DNA of 64,000 nucleotides from Parcubacteria group bacterium. Its GTDB lineage: Bacteria > Patescibacteriota > Minisyncoccia > Moranbacterales > UBA2206. Shown here piece by piece: positions 58,790 to 64,000 of the stretch; the stretch's first letter is position 1; each line of letters opens with the position of its first letter. Below the pieces are notes generated by a model. It ran no database searches. It saw only the letters and a program-made list of their open reading frames with translations, and was not told the origin of the DNA. Where the stretch lies: assembly GCA_041659505.1 (NCBI GenBank), contig JBAZYF010000003.1, positions 150,026-214,025 on the forward strand. The letters run 5' to 3'. Made by a program: the position numbers and the translations under genes.

Positions 58790-59026
58790 TTATTCACTTT
58801 CCAGCCCCTTCAGCTCTTCCTCTGCCATCCGCAGCTCTTGCCTTAAATCTTCAATCTCCGATTTCAGTAATTCTTTTTTCTCCGCCGTTGTCAGAGCATT
58901 AAATCTTCTTCGGCCAAGCCCACTTCCACAGCCTCGTCCCAAGCCCTTACCTCCTCCGCAAGAACCCATTTCCCTGCCAGTTCCCGGTCCTGCGCCTAGA
59001 GGTCCTGTCTTATCTAATTGTGGCAT
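58790..59026 (-). CDS. DUF5320-family protein
   Basis: MPQLDKTGPLGAGPGTGR.MG.C; Gly-rich then coiled coil. Confidence 0.85.
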   Translation of the reverse strand: MPQLDKTGPLGAGPGTGREMGSCGGGKGLGRGCGSGLGRRRFNALTTAEKKELLKSEIEDLRQELRMAEEELKGLESE

Positions 59027-59165
59027 ATTTATCACCTGCCTTTCTAGTTTAGTTTATTTCGCTCAAGCTATGTTATGAATATATACCCATATTACAATCT
59101 TGTCAACACTAAAAAACCTGCCGATTAGTAGACAGGTTTTTGATAAAGCACAAATTGACAACGGC

Positions 59166-59699
59166 TCAGCACTTGATAACTTCCCGCTCCAGTTCCTCGC
59201 ACCAATTGTGTCCGCAATTTTCCACTTCAATGACCGAGAAGCCTTTGGCGCGCATAAATTGTACCGCCTCATCGCTACAAATAAAATGATCGTTTTTTCC
59301 TCTGATCATGATTAAGTTTTCTTTAGGAATACTCTCTAACTTCTGGGAAAAATCAAGTTGCAAAAGTTTCACGCACCGCACGATTTCCAATATATAACAA
59401 AAAGGATTCAGTGAATATTTTTGTCGCTCAAAGAATAGCCCTTCGGTAGAAATAAATTTTACCCAATTCAAAAACCAACGGAAAATATTTTTTCTCGGCA
59501 AAGGTGGGCTGACTAAAATTAATTTTCCTTTCCCATCCCAATCTCGCAAAGCCGAAAGCGCACCCAAACTTAGCCCGATGATGTGATTGCTATTATTGCT
59601 TGCATCAAAAGTACCGATTTGGACGCTCAGATTTTCAGACTCGTGATATAATTTCAGTCCGGTCATCCAACCGGGGAGAAGTAAAATTTTGTCAGACAT
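59166..59699 (-). CDS. Alpha/beta hydrolase
   Basis: LLPGW, GLSLG, GKND, CGH. Confidence 0.75.
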   Translation of the reverse strand: MSDKILLLPGWMTGLKLYHESENLSVQIGTFDASNNSNHIIGLSLGALSALRDWDGKGKLILVSPPLPRKNIFRWFLNWVKFISTEGLFFERQKYSLNPFCYILEIVRCVKLLQLDFSQKLESIPKENLIMIRGKNDHFICSDEAVQFMRAKGFSVIEVENCGHNWCEELEREVIKC

Positions 59700-59708
59700 A
59701 TTATCAGC

Positions 59709-60278
59709 TTATTTTGATAGTTTATTGATACTTTGAACAACATCTGGCAACTCCAAGCAAGAGTCTTCTCCTTCAATCGCCCCAGAAAAATGCTTGGCGT
59801 TATGCTTGATGATAATTTCCGCCCCTAGTTTTTCTTTGAAAATATTTGCATATTTCAAATCTACATAAGGATCATCGTCGGAATGAATTGCCACGAACCC
59901 ATTTTTCGATCTGCTTTTAATTTTCGCAAGATCGATCGGCGTTTCAAAAAAATTTTGGATTTCATCAAATCCTACGTTTTCATTAAATCCAGCCACAAAA
60001 ACCACGCCACCGACTTTTTCCGTTTCTTTGAGTGTTTCCAGATAACGCATAATCGTAGCACAACCGATGCTGTGCCCGATAAGATAGAGCTCGACATCGG
60101 GCGCGCTAATCACTTCTTGCAGTTTCGGCACCCACTGATTCATCTTTGGCATTTCCGTTTCTGGAAAAGCCGGCACTTCAACCTGAAAACCTTTTGCTTC
60201 CAGTTCTTTTTTGACCCAAGAGTACCAGCAATACTGCGGATATCCTTCCCAACAATGGACAATGATTGCTCGTTTCAT
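59709..60278 (-). CDS. RBBP9/YdeN-family alpha/beta hydrolase
   Basis: GHSIGC, HSDDDPYV, KHF. Confidence 0.9.
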   Translation of the reverse strand: MKRAIIVHCWEGYPQYCWYSWVKKELEAKGFQVEVPAFPETEMPKMNQWVPKLQEVISAPDVELYLIGHSIGCATIMRYLETLKETEKVGGVVFVAGFNENVGFDEIQNFFETPIDLAKIKSRSKNGFVAIHSDDDPYVDLKYANIFKEKLGAEIIIKHNAKHFSGAIEGEDSCLELPDVVQSINKLSK

Positions 60279-60298
60279 GATTTTAAATATTTTGTTAT

Positions 60299-60979
60299 TT
60301 AATTACGTTCTGATTCCTTCAAGAAACTCCTGCCAACAACCATACCAATCACTGATCCAATGATAGCACCAGCGACGAATTCAGAAAACCAGTGAATGCT
60401 GGTCATCGCCACAGCGATGCCGACATAGAAAGCATAGGCCAGGGCGATGGTGCGGATAAGTTTGTTTTTGGGAAACATGACCCAAATGGTGACCATCATG
60501 GCAAAAGCAATGGTCGTGTGCGATGATGGCCAACCCCAAAAAACGCCGTGGCGCAAAAAGCCAAACTGAAACTGATGGCTAATGTCCACCAATTTACTGC
60601 CATCAATAATCGCCGCATGCGAGTGACCGGGCGGCTGGATTCTTCCGGTGAAAGCTTTATAGAAACTGGAAATGAGCACACCAAGAAGAGCCGCTTGCGC
60701 TACCGCCACTCCAACTTTCAATGCTTTTCTATTTTTCAAAAGTAATCCAACCAAAATCAAAATAAGCGGAAGAAGCACCGGCAAAGTCGTTCCCAGCGCC
60801 AAGGCAGGAAAAAAATCAGCCCGCCAAGCGACAGTGATGGCATAGAGAAAAAATTTCCAGTCGAACCCAGAGACCACAATAATGTAAGTGAGCGCAATCG
60901 CCAAAAAATGCCAGAGCAAATTATACCCGGAAAAAATCTTCAGGATATTTCGAAATAGTTGGTTGAAAAAATTTCGCAT
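60299..60979 (-). CDS. PAP2-family membrane phosphatase
   Basis: K..TGR..P, WPSSH, IHWFSE. Confidence 0.88.
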   Translation of the reverse strand: MRNFFNQLFRNILKIFSGYNLLWHFLAIALTYIIVVSGFDWKFFLYAITVAWRADFFPALALGTTLPVLLPLILILVGLLLKNRKALKVGVAVAQAALLGVLISSFYKAFTGRIQPPGHSHAAIIDGSKLVDISHQFQFGFLRHGVFWGWPSSHTTIAFAMMVTIWVMFPKNKLIRTIALAYAFYVGIAVAMTSIHWFSEFVAGAIIGSVIGMVVGRSFLKESERN

Positions 60980-61008
60980 AATATTATTAATCGAAGACGG
61001 TCCTCGAC

Positions 61009-61905
61009 TCACAACCAATCAGCCACAATTTTCGCCATTTTTGCTTCGTGATTTCTAAATGAATGATCGGCGCCTTTCACAATTTCATAACTAAAATCTG
61101 ATTTGTAGCCTTTTAAAATGTCCACACTCTTTCTGACATCCACTCCGGAAAATTCATCAATCTCACCATAGACGACCAGCGTAGATTTTTTGATTGATTT
61201 GAAATGTCGGAAACGCTCTTTTGTCGACAAGTTAATTTTATTCATAACTTCGTAATATGGAAACGTGTTATAATCTCCGTCCGGGTTCGCTGTGTCATAA
61301 AAACTGGCATAGGAATATATAAGATCATATCCCAACAGTTCTGGCATGATTTCAGTGCCTTTGCCCACTTTAATTTTTTCCTTGGCTTTGGACAGCATTG
61401 CAAAAAATTTTCTTTCTCCCAGCATCTCACAAAAAATCCCCGTATCATCTCCACCGGAAAGCAAAACGTATTTGGCAATTTGGTTTTTTGGTTTGTAGAA
61501 ATTATACACACAAATTTTGTTGGCTCCCGTAGACTCGCCAATCAGAAAGAACTCTTCGAAGCCTAATTTTTTGAGAAAACTGATCGCCCCATCAATATCT
61601 TCCACACATTCTTTTATCTTTTCATAGGCCGTCCCATATCTGATTCTTTCTATTTTTCCGCACCTTCTCACATTCAGTTTTTTGACAATATGCGCGCCGC
61701 GATTATTGAAAAAGAGGCTCGAGATCCCCCGCTTCTCTAGTGCATCTGCCAATATTCGATTCTGCACTTCATCATAAAAAACCGACGAGCTCCCATTGCC
61801 GTGGAGCATAATAGCAACTTTCTTGGACTTTTTCCCCACATACAAAAGCCCAGGAAGAGTCAACCCGTCTTTTGTGTTAAGTTCGATGTATTTTGGGTTT
61901 TGCAT
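61009..61905 (-). CDS. Alpha/beta hydrolase (DUF1749-like)
   Basis: LHGNG, NNRG, GESTGANK, GADHSF. Confidence 0.8.
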   Translation of the reverse strand: MQNPKYIELNTKDGLTLPGLLYVGKKSKKVAIMLHGNGSSSVFYDEVQNRILADALEKRGISSLFFNNRGAHIVKKLNVRRCGKIERIRYGTAYEKIKECVEDIDGAISFLKKLGFEEFFLIGESTGANKICVYNFYKPKNQIAKYVLLSGGDDTGIFCEMLGERKFFAMLSKAKEKIKVGKGTEIMPELLGYDLIYSYASFYDTANPDGDYNTFPYYEVMNKINLSTKERFRHFKSIKKSTLVVYGEIDEFSGVDVRKSVDILKGYKSDFSYEIVKGADHSFRNHEAKMAKIVADWL

Positions 61906-61926
61906 AGATGTATTAATTTAGTCAAT

Positions 61927-62451
61927 TTAGTCGATGACCGTCCTCGATTTTTCCCCCGCAAACAGTTTGGCAAGAAAATTATCCGTACCGCTTCTATTTT
62001 TTATGTGGATTATTTTATCTTCAAAACCTTTTAGAGCCTCCTCTATTTCCGGTCTTTCCGCTCTTTTCCACATGACTTCTAAATAATTCCAGTCAAATTT
62101 TTCAATACACCCCGCCGCCATTTCCGGTCTAGTTTTGCCTCGACATCTCCACCACCTGCTTAAACCACCCCAAAATGCCTGCCAGCCAGAATAATCCAAG
62201 TAAATTATAGTATCTGCATTTTTCAATTTACTTTTGGCAGCTGGGTGGATAAAGCCTTCAATAATCCACCTATCCTTTTTAATAATCTCTTCTAATTTTT
62301 GTTCCACTATTTTTTCATCTATTTCTTTCCAATTTTCGCCCCAAACAAACTCGTCATAATGAGTGACTGGAATTTTTGAAAAATCGGATAATTTTCTTGC
62401 CAATCTCGTTTTGCCAGTTCCGCTTATTCCGATAATCAATACTTTGTCCAT
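61927..62451 (-). CDS. FlaR/topology-modulation-like P-loop kinase
   Basis: IIGISGTGKT, WIIEG, ADTIIYLD, RPEMAAGC.E. Confidence 0.85.
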   Translation of the reverse strand: MDKVLIIGISGTGKTRLARKLSDFSKIPVTHYDEFVWGENWKEIDEKIVEQKLEEIIKKDRWIIEGFIHPAAKSKLKNADTIIYLDYSGWQAFWGGLSRWWRCRGKTRPEMAAGCIEKFDWNYLEVMWKRAERPEIEEALKGFEDKIIHIKNRSGTDNFLAKLFAGEKSRTVID

Positions 62452-62464
62452 TGTAACAAAAAAT

Positions 62465-62869
62465 TTATTTGATTAACCCTTTAGAGTATAAATCGTCAAA
62501 AATTAGGTGGTCAACGGGAGAAGTCATTGGTTTTTGAGAATAAGTGAAAAAGGCCATTTTCTCTATTTCAGCGTCAGGCTTTAATTCGCCCTTATAGTCA
62601 GCAGTGCAGCATGTCATGCGAACAACAGTACCTAAGGGCTTGCCGTGTGCTTGCGTTTCAAAAGTTCCATAATGCTTTATTGTATCAGGAACAAGATCAA
62701 CACAGAGCTCTTCTTTGATCTCGCGGATTAAAGCCTCCTGGTCAGTTTCGTCCTTCTCCCGTTTACCGCCGGGGATATACCACGTATCTTTTCCCTTGCT
62801 TAAAGTTTCCAATACTTTTTCATCCTTGAGATGGATGTAGGCTAGCTTGTCGATAAATTGTTTTTCCAT
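62465..62869 (-). CDS. Nudix hydrolase
   Basis: PGGKREKDETDQEALIREIKEEL, an intact Nudix box. Confidence 0.92.
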   Translation of the reverse strand: MEKQFIDKLAYIHLKDEKVLETLSKGKDTWYIPGGKREKDETDQEALIREIKEELCVDLVPDTIKHYGTFETQAHGKPLGTVVRMTCCTADYKGELKPDAEIEKMAFFTYSQKPMTSPVDHLIFDDLYSKGLIK

Positions 62870-62930
62870 AGATTTAATTAAATAAATTTTTATTATTTTA
62901 TATAACTCGATTATATCAGACACCCCTGAA

Positions 62931-62953
62931 AAAACCACCCTGGGAGGGTGGTT
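62931..62953 (-). terminator. Rho-independent terminator
   Basis: AAACCACCCT-GGG-AGGGTGGTTT with a U-tract on the minus strand. Confidence 0.65.
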
Positions 62954-62963
62954 TCAAAATAAT

Positions 62964-64000
62964 TTACTTCCAATTTTTTCCAAGCAATGGAGTTGATGGC
63001 GTAAGAGTGATAATCGATTCTTCAGATATTTTTTCTGGATTAACCTTATCTGAATTACCAAAATTATCATTAAGTGTCCCCTCCTCATTTAGAGTTACAA
63101 TGTATTGGAATTTAGTCCCGGTTTTGCTCAAATTTTCTAAAAATTCATACAGACTGATAAAATGTGCCTTATCTATTCCGTCAAAGATACCATCATGCAC
63201 CAAAAACTTCGGGCCACATAAATTTCTTCTAATCGCATTAAATAGAATCGCCAAATCATAAATTAACGTTCTTCCTTTATTTTTCCCGTAAGAAAGATCC
63301 GAAGAAAGGACAACATTCATATCGATTCTTGAATCTTTACGTTTTTTCGGACTAAAAATAAAAGCTGAATCTCCTTCATTTTCGACATATATAGCATCAT
63401 GAATTTCAAAGAAAACATTTCTAAATTCTGATAACTCTTTTTTAATTTTTTGAGAGAAAGCTTCTATTTCAACATACAATTTCGCACTTTCTACTTCCCT
63501 CTCAGCCATTTCATTTCTTAAATCACGATATGTTTTAATTCGTCCATCTAGATCGCTCATTTCATCTCTCTTTCTACTTAAATTCATGTATGCTTCCGAA
63601 AGATCATTAATTGCTTTTTTCGCACTTAAAAACTGGAAAAGTTTTGACCTTTTCTCCTCAAGTTCATTAATCTTATTACTCTTGTCCTTTATGGATTCCT
63701 TTAGCGAGTGAATTTCTGAAGAAAGAAAATCCTTTCTTGATTGAGAAATCGCTTTCCTGAAATTTATTGCATCGTCTAATGTTTTTTTAATATTTCCAGC
63801 CAACAACTCATTCAGCTCGCTATATATTTTTTTTATTTTTGCAACATTTACATCATCTTTTAATGAAAAACTCTCCTCATAAAATTCTATTTTTCTCCTA
63901 TCTGAGTAATTATCATGCCATAACTCTTTAATTTGAGATGTAAGCTTGTTGCTTTCTTTTTCTACATCTTCGTACTGTTCTGCCAGCTTGAAGCTGTCAA
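62964..64000 (-). CDS. DUF2326 / SMC-like ABC ATPase (Lamassu LmuB-like), 5' end outside the window
   Basis: Frame stays open to the window end; long coiled coil, SYGKNKGRTLIYDLA, FLVHDGIFDGID, QYIVTLN. Confidence 0.8.
   Translation of the reverse strand, partial: DSFKLAEQYEDVEKESNKLTSQIKELWHDNYSDRRKIEFYEESFSLKDDVNVAKIKKIYSELNELLAGNIKKTLDDAINFRKAISQSRKDFLSSEIHSLKESIKDKSNKINELEEKRSKLFQFLSAKKAINDLSEAYMNLSRKRDEMSDLDGRIKTYRDLRNEMAEREVESAKLYVEIEAFSQKIKKELSEFRNVFFEIHDAIYVENEGDSAFIFSPKKRKDSRIDMNVVLSSDLSYGKNKGRTLIYDLAILFNAIRRNLCGPKFLVHDGIFDGIDKAHFISLYEFLENLSKTGTKFQYIVTLNEEGTLNDNFGNSDKVNPEKISEESIITLTPSTPLLGKNWK

Noticed and set aside
59074-59091. TATGAATATATACCCATA, a possible DUF134 operator over the -10 of the DUF5320 gene
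   Set aside because: Imperfect, AT-rich and single-copy; not supportable without comparative data.

Overview
A 64-kb bacterial chromosome segment in genetic code 11, with most genes on the minus strand. Housekeeping genes lack Shine-Dalgarno sites, GT-C glycosyltransferases are numerous and short palindromic repeats are common, which fits a Patescibacteria/CPR (Parcubacteria-like) genome; the taxonomy is inference. Layout: (1) secE-nusG-rplK-[inserted ORF]-rplA; (2) DEAD-box helicase, a GGR-family oxidoreductase, two tandem GT-C glycosyltransferases bracketed by MITE-like hairpins, and a GH28; (3) divergent guaB / guaA-amidohydrolase; (4) a variable island at about 19-32.5 kb with KilA-N, RhuM-Fic, a Panacea-type TA pair, two membrane-anchored nucleases, an AbrB-MazG-DUF2075-TIR-TM candidate defence operon, an AAA ATPase and RadC, interspersed with repeated gene-end scars; (5) mixed accessory genes; (6) a 14.3-kb co-oriented locus headed by NrtR that joins a TerY-P-like triad (PP2C, Ser/Thr kinase, vWA) and an unknown-domain/nicotinamidase fusion to a complete ADP-ribose/nicotinamide-to-NAD(P) salvage route (NadM-Nudix, NAPRTase, Nudix, NadK, class II Prs, NadE); (7) small hydrolases and the 3' part of a DUF2326/Lamassu-like ABC ATPase. 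Locus (6) and the TIR operon are the best candidates for undescribed systems. No rRNA, tRNA, CRISPR array, integrase or transposase was seen. All calls come from motif recognition without database searches.
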